From positions 90,706,001-90,770,000 of the forward strand of contig NC_042998.1 in the NCBI RefSeq assembly GCF_006345805.1: a stretch of 64,000 nucleotides of DNA. Reading direction: 5' to 3'. A program made the position numbers and the translations under genes. Below the pieces are notes generated by a model, which was given only the letters and a program-made list of their open reading frames with translations, did no database searches and had not been told where the DNA came from. This DNA comes from Octopus sinensis. Its lineage: Eukaryota. This document shows, one piece after another, positions 1 through 12,025 of this stretch (position 1 is the first letter of the stretch; each line of letters opens with the position of its first letter).

Positions 1-974
1 GCTAAATAGTTGGTGTTAGGAAGGACATCTGGCTATAGAAACCATACACAATAGACATTTGGACAGCTCCCTGCTAGCCATCTCCATGTCAAACCATCCA
101 GCTCATGCCATCCTGGAGAGCAGACATTAAATGATGATATATTCGATGGACATCTTTCCATTTAGTGACCATTTTCTATACTGACACGGTTGAATGATTC
201 TAAAGGAGCTTGTGAGAGAGAACTGCATCAAATTATAATGCCATTCTTTGGCATGGTTTCTATGGCTTGTTCTTCCACATACCAACCACTTTACAGTGTG
301 TTTTGGGTGCTTTTTACATGCTACCAGCACTAATTAGAACACCAAGTAACTCAAGACAAAACCCCCTTAATTGAAGGAGATGGCTTTATACAGGTGGTGA
401 GATATTAGTGTGATAGAGAGAGACAAGAACAGGTGTCTTGCTGTAGAGAGATATACAGTTACCTTAGGTTGAAAAGAAAGATGGAGTATATATATATACA
501 TAGCAGAGTTAGCAGTTGGAATAACTGTCTAATGGATAAAATATTCATTCTTACTACCAAGATCATTTACCTATGCTATCCCTGGGCATGTGTATGCAAG
601 CACTCTATGCTCATAGGGTACAGGTAATTGAATAAAGAAAAGTTTATCCAGAATCAAATTTAAATAAGCAGAAAATGGAGAAAACTTTTGATCACCAAAC
701 AAATTGACCAACATCAGTTAATTATTTTTTAATACAAAAAAATAACATAACATTACATAATACTTGCAGCCATTTTGGCTGCCGATGTTAATCGGTGCTT
801 ACAAAGAAAATTCCGAAAAGAATATTCACCATCTTTATAGCACATTCGATCTAGTACATGGAGCTTCATCAAAGTGAATACAAATACAAAATTATATAAA
901 ATAAAATAAATGAAGGAAGAGGAAAGAATAGGGCCTTGAGATGAGACCAGAAGGAGATATATATATATAAGGTT

Positions 975-1542
975 AGTAGAGTTAGAGGTTGGAATAACCA
1001 TCTAAGAGATAAAAATATCCATTTTATTACCGGTGTAATTACCTATGTTAACCATGAGCATGCATATGCAAGCATATTATGCTCATAGGATACAGGCAGT
1101 GACAAAGATAAACATAAGTTTATCAGGAATCAAATTTAAAGCAAACAGAAGATGGAGAAATATTGATCAACAGCAATTGACTAACATTGATTATTACTTT
1201 TTAATACCAATAGACTTTATCTCATCTAACAGTCATTTCTGCATCCAATGTTGAACAGTGTTGCCATTGAGAATTCTGAAAATATATTTTGTAACACATC
1301 TGATCTGGAGCATCAAACTTTATCAGAGTGAAGAAAAATACATAAAAGAAAAGAAAAGCCTCAAGAAGAAGAAAGGCTTAATATGATGAATATTATTTTC
1401 AGAATTTTCAGTGGCAACACTGTTGAACATTGGAAGCAGAAACGGCTGTTAGATTGGATAAAGTCTATGTGTATTAAAAAATAATAATCAATGTTAGTCA
1501 ATTGTTGATCAATATTTCTGTATTTTCTGTTTACTTTAAATT
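975..1542. mobile_element. (TA)n-anchored repeat with an internal ~150-bp inverted repeat (arms ~1133-1284 and ~1394-1542); a diverged direct copy lies at ~505-735. MITE- or Penelope-end-like
   Basis: The reverse complement of 1394-1542 aligns to 1133-1284 (e.g. gtggcaacactgttgaacattgg vs ccaatgttgaacagtgttgccat). 505-735 aligns to 975-1210. (TA)n runs flank the units. Confidence 0.7.
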
Positions 1543-1559
1543 ATATATATATATATATA

Positions 1560-1850
1560 GGTGGAGGCGCAATAGCTCAGTAGTTAGAGCAGCAGACTCG
1601 CGGTTGTAGGATCACATTGTGAGTGTTTATTGAGTGAAAACACATAACGCTCCACGTGGCTCTGGCAGGGGGTGGTGGCGATCCCTGCTGTACACTTTCA
1701 CAATAACTTTCTTTCACTCTTTCTTCTGTTGGCCTGCTCACTTAGCCAGCAGGGTGGCATCATTTGTAGGCTAAAACAATGTGAAGCGCATTGTGACCAG
1801 CGATGTGTAGCAACATTTGATTGCCTGGTTGGTCACGGTGATATATATAT
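1560..1850 (+). mobile_element. tRNA-derived SINE
   Basis: tRNA-like head with A box (TAGCTCAGTAG). The 3' part (ggctaaaacaatg...gcctggttggtcac) is shared with the SINE at 6446-6689. TA-repeat flanks. Confidence 0.7.
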
Positions 1851-1983
1851 ATATATGTATGTATATGCGTGTGCTGGCATGAGTAGGACAATTATGTGAT
1901 GATGATTTAAATCAATAAAATAAAAGTTAGTGAATTTTCTTGTGCCCTAATTCACTTTTTTTTTTTTCTCTCTCTCTCAATAG

Positions 1984-2188
1984 CATGGAAGAATGTGAAG
2001 CTCTCTGTACACGTTTAGCTATTATGGTAAATGGCAGCTTCAAATGTCTTGGCAGTACTCAACATTTAAAAAATAAATATGGTGATGGCTACACATTTGT
2101 AATTCGTATCAGAGGACCAAACTATGAAAGAAATTGTGTGAACGTCAAACACTTTATTGATAAAAATTTCCCTAATGCTAAAATTAAG
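1984..2188 (+). CDS. ABCA2: ABCA-family transporter (ABCA2-like), exon encoding the end of NBD2 and start of the regulatory domain
   Basis: Acceptor ctctctcaatAG at 1983, donor GTAAGT at 2189. Encodes (S)MEECEALCTRLAIMVNGSFKCLGSTQHLKNKYGDGY...FPNAKIK, the HSMEECEALC H-loop region of ABCA transporters. Confidence 0.92.
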
Positions 2189-2963
2189 GTAAGTAATACT
2201 TTAAAATATTTTCCTATTTATAAAATATTCTCACTATCATCAGAAATAACTTGTTTATCTTGTAATAATTAGGAAATTTTCAAAACAAAATTGTTTTTAT
2301 ACTAGTTTTCTTCAGAATTTAGAAATTAGGTATTATAAGTAACATGTTAATGGGTTTTAAATAGTTTAATGACTTAAATGGAATATAGTGATGATATAAA
2401 ATTTGTTGATCCTCTTTATTTTCTGAGTTGGTTTTATTCAGTATATGTTCAATAATAAAAGTTCATTCCTTGTAAACTGTGGAGTGCAGCTTAGGTGAAA
2501 CCCCACCACCTTTGTACATCTTATCTAGTTTCAAAATACCACTCAAATCCCTGCAAGGTCAGCTTTGCATTTCATCCTTTTGGGGTCCAATGAAATAAAG
2601 AACCATATCAGAGCAAGGGATTGGTGGAATAGTTAAAATATCAAACAGGAGACCTAGTGATATTTGCTCTGGCTCTTTGCATTTTGAGATAGGGTTTAAT
2701 CTATCATCCAGTTTGGCACTGCTACATAGCCTTTGGGTACCTTTAATGGCATTCACTCTGTTGTAAACACTCATGCCAGATCTCTAGTTTAAAGATAACT
2801 TCTTCCTTTCAGTATCGGTAGCCCTGAAAAAGGGCTGCCTTTCTTTCACTGATAGTTGAAAAAGAAAATGTTTGTCTTATTATTGTTACTGTCTGCACCT
2901 ATGTTCAACAAATATATTGATGGTGAAACTAAAGTGTTTTCATTATATATTTTTTCCCCTCAG

Positions 2964-3101
2964 GAGCAACACATTAACATGCTTCAGTATGAAATTAAGT
3001 CAAAGACTATTTCTTTAGCTTACATCTTTTCTAAGCTTGAAGATGCTCAAAGAGATTTCCAGATTGAAGACTATTCTGTCAGTCAGAATACTCTAGATAA
3101 T
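2964..3101 (+). CDS. ABCA2: ABCA2-like exon (regulatory domain R2)
   Basis: Acceptor ttttcccctCAG at 2963, donor GTATGT at 3102, phase 0-0, 46 codons: EQHINMLQYEIKSKTISLAYIFSKLEDAQRDFQIEDYSVSQNTLDN. IEDYSVSQxTLD is the ABCA signature. Confidence 0.92.
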
Positions 3102-4149
3102 GTATGTATTACACCTTTACTTTGCTTGTCTTTTTGCTGTTACAAATTTCAGTATTGTTATGTTAGGAATTTTTTAGTTAGACATTTTCCAGATATTCCT
3201 GTAAAACTGCATGCAAAATTTGTTGAAATGAAACAGAAAATTTTAAAATATTACATTGAAAATTAAAACAATAATTCAGATATTTGTGGAGAATCATATA
3301 GTTTTATTATCTTTGACCACATGTGTTTATGGAAACAATTTTGGATTATGTATCTATTTGTAACAATTATAAAGTATATAAAAATGATGTACTTAGGAAG
3401 GTTCCTCATAAACTAATATTTTCTACTTTACTATTTTATATATGTACTCCTTGGTTTGTTAGAAAATATTTTACAAAACACTAATTTTCTTTTTTCCTCT
3501 CTTTAGAATGTTTTGTTGTTAACTTTGATTTTGTTATTACCATTCATCATCATCCAATCAGGTGATTTTCCCAGACCAATGCAACTCTTTCACACCAGAC
3601 ATCCTGATAAAGCAATGGCTCATGACTGTCAGGCCTGGTTACATTAGTCTTTTGCTCTCTAAAATAGCTCATCTGCACATTCCATGACTACAGATGATAT
3701 CAGTTGTTTGCCAACTGCACTTGTTGATCCTAGTCATTGATAATTTGTTGTCTATTCATCCACTCAGCAGCTAGTGATATTCACTATTGATTCAATAAGT
3801 TCATCTGAAATAGTTCACATCCACCATACTGTATCTCATGATGTCAATGTACCCTTGCTTAGGTGGTTACAAGCCCTTTAACCCATAGCTGGGACCCTGA
3901 CAGATGCAATGACTCCAGGTCAGAGTAGATCTAGAAGTGGCTAAGAGGTGGTTCCACACTTCTCAAAACCCTGGAACTCCTGAACTAGAGCCCCTCTACT
4001 TGATGCAGCTTAGTCATATCCATTAAGAAATATCATCTAAGAAGAAAATAGTTGTATGAATTTCCCTAGTGAAATAAAAACATAAAATACAAATTTTTAA
4101 TTAATCTAAGACCCTTGTTTATGACAAATTTTCATAAATTATTATTTAG

Positions 4150-4740
4150 TTAGTCTTCAGATAAGTCCTTCATTGATGCCTCCAGCCATCTCTGTCCTTT
4201 ATATATCTTACTAGCTAGCTAGTTAATAGTTTCTGCTTCTTCATCTTTCTTTAGTTCATCCATCTTTCTTTTCTATACCAATGTATCAGCTCCCAGAGCA
4301 CCAGCCAGCTGGCAACAAGTTACCAGTATTCCTTGTAGTGACCAGACTGCCTCATTCTTCTTGGAATTTTTTCACTCAAATCTGATAACTGTCTTTACAG
4401 ACTATTGTTACTAGTATCTCTTTTGTTCAGCATTAACTACTAAAAACTTCATTCAGGATTAGTAACCCATTCAGAGTAAACTTTGGGGGCCAGCATTCAT
4501 AGTCATATTATAGAATGAACTTTACAGTTGCATAGAAGTAACTGAGCTTCATATGATGAGGCAGAATGGACTTCCACACATTGGCCATGCCAGTCAGAGC
4601 TTTACCTGCAAATGCCTTTCTCACTTTGAGGAAATAGTATATCATCAACTTCATCATGTATACTTCTATGTCACTGAACTTTAGAGAGAGAACCTAGAGG
4701 AGGATTCAGAGATTTCAAGATTTTGCATCTCAAAATCTTT
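4150..4740 (-). mobile_element. Highly decayed RTE-group LINE remnant
   Basis: Minus-strand translation near 4500-4600 gives ANVWKSILPHHMKLSYFYATVKFIL*YDYEC, resembling the RTE thumb motif xxIWKSxLxxxxKxxFFxATVESILLYGxE. Confidence 0.45.
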
Positions 4741-5494
4741 TGGATTAAAAATGCTATTAGTGCAAAACCATAGATATAGAATTGTTACAATTTTTACCTG
4801 TAATGATGTTAAAGATAAAAATGTGCTTGTTTTTTTACACCTGTTTTCCTATGCTAGCATAGGTTAGATGAATATATTTGTAGAAGCCTTGTTTTAAAAC
4901 CAAATGCCCTTTCTGTCATTTTCCTTCGCATGTTTTGAAGTAGGGGATCTTTTATTTCACACATCTTCAAAGATGACACTGTCATCTTTCAAAGAGTGCA
5001 ATTGTAAACACACACATGCATATATATATATACATATACACACACACACAAACATAATGGACTTCTTTCAGCCTCTTTCTACCAAATTCATTCACAAACT
5101 GGCTCAGAGCTACTGTAGAAATCACTTGCCTTAAGGTGTTGTGCTGTGAGAGTGAACCCAAAACCACATGGTTGGAAAGCAAACTTTTTTACCACACAGC
5201 TTTACCTGCACTTAAACTACACTTTTAAAAATATACACAACCTCAAAGACAACTTTTTAAGTATCAACTTTGTAAGAATAGGAATCATAATTGGATATCA
5301 TCATTTAACATCATATCCATCTTCCATGCTAACATGGGTGAATAATTATACTTTCATATATTTGTTGAATTCTCTGTTTGAAAATCACCAGGTCAAAAAC
5401 CACATTACTTTAAATTTCATCCTTCAGATAGCCTTGTTACAGTGTAACAGTTTTTTCAACACTGTAAATTATCTCTTTATTTCTAATGTTGTAG

Positions 5495-5677
5495 GTATTT
5501 ATTAACTTTGTGAAACAACAAACAGAAATCGTCCAGGAACTCGAAGACAATGATGCATCTTCTGATTCTTTGAACACTTCACCAACAACCAATATTGTTT
5601 CTGGTTGTGCTCCTAATCCTGAAGAGATATTGGAAGGTGAACCAGATGACATCAGTACTTCATTTGACAGACTTGGA
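5495..5677 (+). CDS. ABCA2: ABCA2-like penultimate coding exon
   Basis: Acceptor aatgttgTAG at 5494, donor GTATGT at 5678, phase 0-0, 61 codons: VFINFVKQQTEIV...EGEPDDISTSFDRLG. Completes the conserved TLDN-VFxNF motif. Confidence 0.88.
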
Positions 5678-6445
5678 GTATGTATTATTTTTAAACATTC
5701 TGTAGCTTGTGTTGACATTGAAATATTAAAAAGTAACTATAATAGTCTGTGACTATACAAGTATTTACCATATCGAATAACAATTTTCAGTTGCCTTACA
5801 AAGAAACTCGAAATGAGATTAATCCAAACAGAACTGTAAAAAATTTAGTTCAGTTTCCTCCAATGAAAATTACACTGTTTATTTTTGTGAGATATAAGAT
5901 TTGCCACATCCAGATTGTAACATCCACGCAAATGTTATCGTGATATTTAGGTCGTAAATCTCAAAAAATTTGTGTCATGTATGTAAAGAAGGAAATATCT
6001 TAATAAAATACAGGAAATTAAATACAGTGTAGTTATATATGGTATCATCATCATCGTTTAACATCCATCTTCCATGCTGGCATGGGTGGGATGGTTCCAC
6101 AAGAGCTGGCCAGGCCAAAGCCTGCACCAAACTTCTATTATTGTCTTGGAAAGACTTTTACAGCTGGATGCCCTTCCTAACACCAACCACTCAGCACATG
6201 ATAAATTCTTTTTGGATATTTCTCTAGTGATAGGTTTACTATCTCCATCATCATTTAATGTTCACCTTTCTGTGCTTGCATGGGTTCTTGTTCTATACCA
6301 GTGGTAGTCAACCATCTTTTACCTATGGACCCTTTTGATTCCCTCATTACTCAGGTGAACCCCCTTAGCCATTTGATGTTTTAAAAAATCACCCTTTTGT
6401 ATTTTAATAATTAAATGTAAGGAATTGTATAAAATGATTGTTAAA

Positions 6446-6689
6446 GGTGTATGGCCTAGTGGCTAAGCTGTTGCACTCATGATTACTAGATTGTGGGTTT
6501 GATTCCCTGACTGGTCGACACATTATGTTCTTGAACAAAACATTTCATTTCACATTGCTCCAGTCCCCCTTCAATCAGTGTTGATTGTTGGTCTGCTTGC
6601 CTAGCCAGTGGAGTAGCATCATTTCAAGGCTAAAACAATGCAAAAGCACATTGTAATCTGATAGCCTGGTCGGTCACATAATCATGTGT
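6446..6689 (+). mobile_element. tRNA-derived SINE inserted in the hAT MITE
   Basis: A box TGGCCTAGTGG and B-box-like GTTTGATTCC. 12-bp TSD atgattgttaaa (6434-6445) / atgatggttaaa (6690-6701). Confidence 0.75.
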
Positions 6690-6782
6690 ATGATGGTTAA
6701 AACATTGTGTATTGTTGAAGTATAACCAATTAGTTGCACATAAACTTTAAAAGCAAAATGTTATCTGGATCCCCAAGGGTCA

Positions 6783-7215
6783 TGTAGTGATGCCATCTTG
6801 GAAATCTCCAGCACGCATGCGCAGAGTTGAATTCTTCCGGGAGGCCTGCTGGAAGTTCCCTCATGTGCATGCACAGAAAACTAGCAGCAACGAATTTTCC
6901 CTCGTATCGCTCTCTCGAATGCTGGCAGCTAAACAGGACAGTCATGTTTTAGCAGCTCTCTCAAGCTGCTACCTTGTGGCGTTTCTCCGCTACGCTTGAA
7001 CGGACAGGATTTGGCTCACTCCACTTGACTACTGCGACAAGCTCCTAGGCTGCCGATTCGCCCTGAAAGAAGAATGTATATATTGCGAATCCAGAAATAA
7101 AATATTTATGCTGTTGAAGTTAATCGAAAGTCTTGGCTCTTTCCTTCGATTAATATTTTAATGTAAAGGGTGCAAGCTGTGCCCATCCAGTTCAGGAACC
7201 TCTCATCCTGTTACA
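6783..7215 (+). repeat. 5' LTR (433 bp)
   Basis: Starts TGTAGT and ends TTACA. About 24 differences from the 3' LTR by hand alignment. Confidence 0.95.
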
Positions 7216-7217
7216 AT

Positions 7218-7227
7218 TGGTGACCCC
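7218..7227 (+). promoter_or_regulatory. Primer-binding site, tRNA-Trp-like
   Basis: TGGTGACCCC lies 2 nt after the 5' LTR and is complementary to the GGGGUCACCA 3' end of eukaryotic tRNA-Trp (recalled). The match does not extend further. Confidence 0.7.
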
Positions 7228-7929
7228 TGAACATGAAACGAACATGCAAGCCAACAGACGTACACAGCAACTCGCCCAGGTTTTTATACAGTACTGTTTG
7301 TGAATCATTTCACTGTCGTTTTCACAGCTAGTATACAACCTGCAGGCCAGACCATCTCACTCCACCAATGCCACCACTATATTGATGTCTCTCCACTATC
7401 GCTGTCACTATCTTCATAAGTTGGCTGAACCGAATACGAACAAAGTCTCAACAAGCAGGAACATCAACAGAAAAGAATTCGACGGCCCACTTCAAGTCAA
7501 AGCATTCAGTTTTCATCCACATGCTGACAGAACAAAACTAATTCTTCTGCCATTTTTGCTGATCTTCTACATGGTGTCAACACCGATAAAGAAAGAAAAA
7601 AACAAACAGAAGAACCACATAAAAACACACACACACACACACACACACTCACATATGTTAGCACACACGCACATTGATAATTTGGTTTTTCCATGTTTCA
7701 TTTTTTCTCTCCTTGTTTCATTTCTTTTCCCTTTTCAGAGCGACGAAGGTTGGTACAGAAAAAAAAAAGGAATTTTTTTCTTTTCTCTCTGTACACAATT
7801 AACAATATTGTTCTCACAATTATTTTCTTTTCTCCTTTTGTGCACACACCAGTCCACAAACATATTTTGTCGGTTCGCTAGTTGGTTTCTTTTTTTCTCC
7901 GCTTCTCGTGTTTCATCTCAATTCTCTTT

Positions 7930-8695
7930 GTTCCTTTCTCGTCGCTTTGTTTCCATTCATTTACCTTTCTCTGTGACAGGCATCTCGAAGAAGCATATCC
8001 GTTCCAAACTTACCTTTATTCACGGGAGATGCGACTCTGTGTGGCTCACGGCGTTTCTCCCATTCAACAATTACACCTCCTCTATTCTAGCTTGCTTCCT
8101 CGACTCGCCACATCTGCTAGAGATCTCATTACAGATCCTAGCCCAGATGCCACCTATGCGTTTGTCAAGGCGAAAATTCTTTGACACGACACTCGGTCTG
8201 AAGAAGGTAGGTTTAATGAGCTAATGGCAGACGAGCAGCTAATGGCAGACTCCGTCACAATTCTTGTGTTGCTTGTGTGAGTTAAGTGGAAACTCCGCGG
8301 ATGCGCCTCTTCTTTGAAAAATTTTCTTTTCTAGGTTGCCTTTCAACTTTCAGACAATTCTGGCCACAGCCCTTGAGTCCAACACTTTGGACCAAATTGC
8401 CACAATGGCAGATAAAATTTTGGAATTTTCTGGCCAGCCATTGTCACGTGGCGTGTGCGTTTGCACTGAAACCCCTTCGACAGCCTCAGTTTCAGCCTCT
8501 TCTCTGTCACATGACACTATATCAGACAAAATAGATGCGCTAACACAACACATAGATGAGCTATGCCGGGAAAATAGGCGTCATTTGCGTAGTCGGAGTC
8601 ACTCTGCCTCTAGGCTACGTTCCAGGCTGTGCTGGTACCATTCCAGATTTGCTGATAAAGCATGCAAGTGCATCCTGCCGTGCAGTTTTAACTAA
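7930..8695 (+). pseudogene. gag: Gypsy gag, frameshifted
   Basis: Fragments LYSSLLPRLATSARDLITDPSPDATYAFVKAKIL and the C-terminal CWYHSRFADKACKCILPC motif typical of invertebrate Gypsy Gag. Confidence 0.8.
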
Positions 8696-8699
8696 GTTC

Positions 8700-11610
8700 G
8701 GAGAAGTTGAGCATGGCACCTTCCTCCTTTTCTCTTCCTACTTATGGTGCATTCTTTGTCAAAGATCTGGTGTCGAAGAAATTCTTCATGTAGCATTGTA
8801 GCTTTTGGCATTTTTGTCTCACTGCAGACAAGCCTAAATACTCTTCTATTGTTCTGCACGCTATCAACTCCTCTCCCATAGCCACCTTCAGTCAGATTCC
8901 TCTGCGCTTTGATATTAATCATTGTCGTGATTTTCATCGTCGCTGACATACCTCATCCTATTCTCGGTGCTGATTTCTTGGATCATTTTAATCTATTGGT
9001 AGATGTCAGGCATTGGAGGCTTCTCTACGGTACTACATCGCTCTCCACGCCGATTAGAGGTTCTACCAATGCAGTTCTTAGCCCGACATTTTTTGTTGCC
9101 ACCCCTGGAGATGCCTTTCATTCTCTTTAGGCTTCATTTCTGAAGCTAGTGGACATTACTTTTCAGCCAGCAAAGCCTGCCCACTCGACCACTGGGCTGC
9201 CTGTCCTTTCGCATCCACGGCGCCTTGCGCCTGACCTTCTAAAGACGACTAAGGCTGACTTTGAGCACATGCTCCAACTTGGCCTGATATGCCCCTCCAC
9301 CAGCCCATGGGCGTCTCCCTTTCACTTGGCACGAAAAGGGAAGTCCGATTTTCACCCAGTAGGAGATTATTGATGCCTCAATGCTGTAACGATACCAGAT
9401 CGCTATCCAGTAAGAAATCTTCAGGATATTTCGGCGAATTTTCATGGCTGTACCATTTTTTCAAAAGTTGTTCTTATACATGCTTATCACCAAATACCGG
9501 TCAACCCAGCCGATGTACTGAAAATTGCTATTACCACCCCTTTTGGGTGCTTTGAGCTTTTATACATGAGTTTCGGTTTGCGGAACGCTACCAGCACGTT
9601 CCAGCATTTCATTGATGAAGTTGTCCGCGGTCTTGATTTCATGTTTGCTTATATTGATGATATACTCGTTGTGAGTGACACCTGTGAAAATCATCTCCGG
9701 CACCTGTCTCAGCTCTTTCAGCGTCTTCGTGCCTATAGTGTACGCATAAATCCCGACAAGTGTGTTTTTGGACAATCTTCTCTAGATTTTCTAGGTCATC
9801 ATATTGATTCGAGTGGAATCAGACCTCTGTCGTCAAAAGTTGATGCCATTCAACGCATCACATCACACCTCCTACTTCCTTGCGCCAGCTCAGGCATTAT
9901 CTTGGCATGGTTAATTTCTACCGACGTTTTATACCTTGGTGCGCGGATAAGCTACTTACTCTGACTCAGCTGTTAAAGGACACCTCTAAAAAGGATGGTC
10001 AAAGCACCCTCTCTGCTAAAGCATTATCTGCTTTCGAGTCCATCAAGAGGGAGTTAATTTCTGTCCCATTGCTAACACATCTGGTTCCCGATGCTTCACT
10101 CTCATTAACAGTGGATGCATCGGACACTGTGGTCGGCGCAGTGCTGCAACACACAGTGCACGATCAGACTCAACTTCTAGCTTTCTTCTCTCGCCAGTTA
10201 CAACCGGCTGAGCGGCGGTACAGCACTTTTGATCGCGAACTTTTGGAGATCTACCTGTCAATTCGTCCTTTTCAGCATCAACTCGAAGGGCAAGATTTTG
10301 TGATCTATACTGATCACAAGCCTCTTACATTTGACCTATCGTCTAAGACAGACAAACTCTCACCTTGTGCTTTCCGTCACCTAGATTTTATTTCACAATT
10401 TACCAGTGATATTCGTCATATACCTGAAAGAGAGAACATTCCTGCTAATGCTCTTTCTCGCCTCCAGTCTGTTCTCTTTCATCTCCTGCTGCAATTGACT
10501 TAACTGCCATTTCGCAGGAGCAGCACCTTTGGCGATGTTAGATTTAACTTCGCCTAAGTTCTCCTGTTGCCAGTTTGCCTATCTTCCGCTTCCGTCAGCT
10601 GAAGGCACTTTGTGATACTTCCACTGGTTCTCCTAGGCCACTTGTGCCTGAAAATCATCAATGCTCAGTGTTTGAGGCACTGCACTCCTTATCACATCCT
10701 GGCATCGCTGCTACCCTTAAACTTATCACTGCTCGTTTTTACTGGCCAAATATGCATCGCACTATTACCTCTTGGACACGTACTTGCTCTAAGTGCCAAC
10801 GGTCCAAGATTCAACGGCATGCTCGTGCCACACTCGGACACTTTCCTCCTACGGAGGCCCGTTTTCACCATATCCACATTGATCTGGTTGGACCATGGCC
10901 TGTGAGTCGTGGGTTTTCTTATCTTTTAACATGTGTCGATCGCTTCTCCCATTGGCCAGAAGCCATTCCAATAGCAGATATTTCTGATGTGTCTCTTGCT
11001 CGAGTTTTTGTTTCTAACTGGCTTTCCCATTTCGGAGTTCCATCCAGATTAACCACTGATCATGAACGTCAGTTTGAAGCTTCGTTATTTCATGAACTGT
11101 CATGTATTCTAAGTGTGCATCACATTCACACTGCCAGTTATCATCCATCTTCTAATGGATTAGTTGAACGGTTCCATAGACAGCTCAAGGCCAATCTTCT
11201 GAATTTCTGCCAGTTGTGCTTCTTGTTGTCGTACTGCTGTCAAGGCAGACCTGGGTTTTTCTTCTGCAGAGCTACTGTATGGTACCACACTGGCATTGCC
11301 TGGTACGATGTTGGTGCCAGATACTTCACAGCTCCATGATCCAGCATCTAATGTTGCCAGACTTTGTACTTATTTTTCAAATCTTCTGCCCATAGTTTCC
11401 AGGGAAGAATCTCCACCCTCTCATGTCCCACCAGATATGGACTCTTGGTCACATGTTTTAGTTCGAGACGACTCTGTCAAGGGACCTCTTGTTTCTCCTT
11501 ATAAAGGATCCTTCTGTGTGCTTTCTCGCATTCCCTAAGTTTTCACCATCGAGATGAATGGTCGTACGGAGACCGTTTCTGTGGACCAACTAAAAAAAGC
11601 ATATTTTGAG
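8700..11610 (+). pseudogene. pol: Gypsy pol (protease, RT, RNase H, integrase), frameshifted
   Basis: ILGADFL (protease end); SPWASP, FGLRNA and YIDDIL (RT); DASD and YSTFDRELL (RNase H); HPGI..CSKC, HIDLVGP and GLVERFHRQLK (integrase). Confidence 0.92.
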
Positions 11611-12013
11611 GTGTCTACATCTTTCGATGACACCGCTGCCACACCCACATATATACCTTTGACACCACATTCATCTACACAGGCACCTTTACCTCTACCA
11701 ACGCCTAGAACGCCACCTTCATCGTCGAAGTGCTCCGAGCAAACCTTATGTTACCAGATCAGGAAGAACTGTTCACTGGCCCAAGAAACTTTCAAAAACA
11801 ATTTACATTTGACATTCTCTTTTCTCTCCTGGTCCATTTCATGTTTTACTCTTGGACATTTTGTAAAAAAAAAAAAAACTTTTGTGCATGTTTATTTCTT
11901 TTTGCATTAATATTTATCTGAGTTGTCATATTGTGTGCCACATCTTCTGGGTGATCGGTAACCATCTTGTTTTCTGGAGCCTCTACAATCTTCTGTTTTG
12001 TGCTTCTGCACTC

Positions 12014-12022
12014 GAGGGGGAG
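12014..12022 (+). promoter_or_regulatory. Polypurine tract of the Gypsy element
   Basis: GAGGGGGAG just upstream of TGTAAT (12026), the start of the 3' LTR. Confidence 0.75.
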
Positions 12023-12025
12023 CCT

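Noticed and set aside
1560-1640. tRNA-like sequence (also at 6446, 21192 and 44497)
   Set aside because: A and B boxes are present but there is no complete cloverleaf, and each continues into a SINE body.
7382-8224. 280-aa ORF at the start of the Gypsy interior as an extra gene
   Set aside because: It is low-complexity read-through of (CA)n and T-rich leader sequence; the real gag similarity is mostly in another frame.
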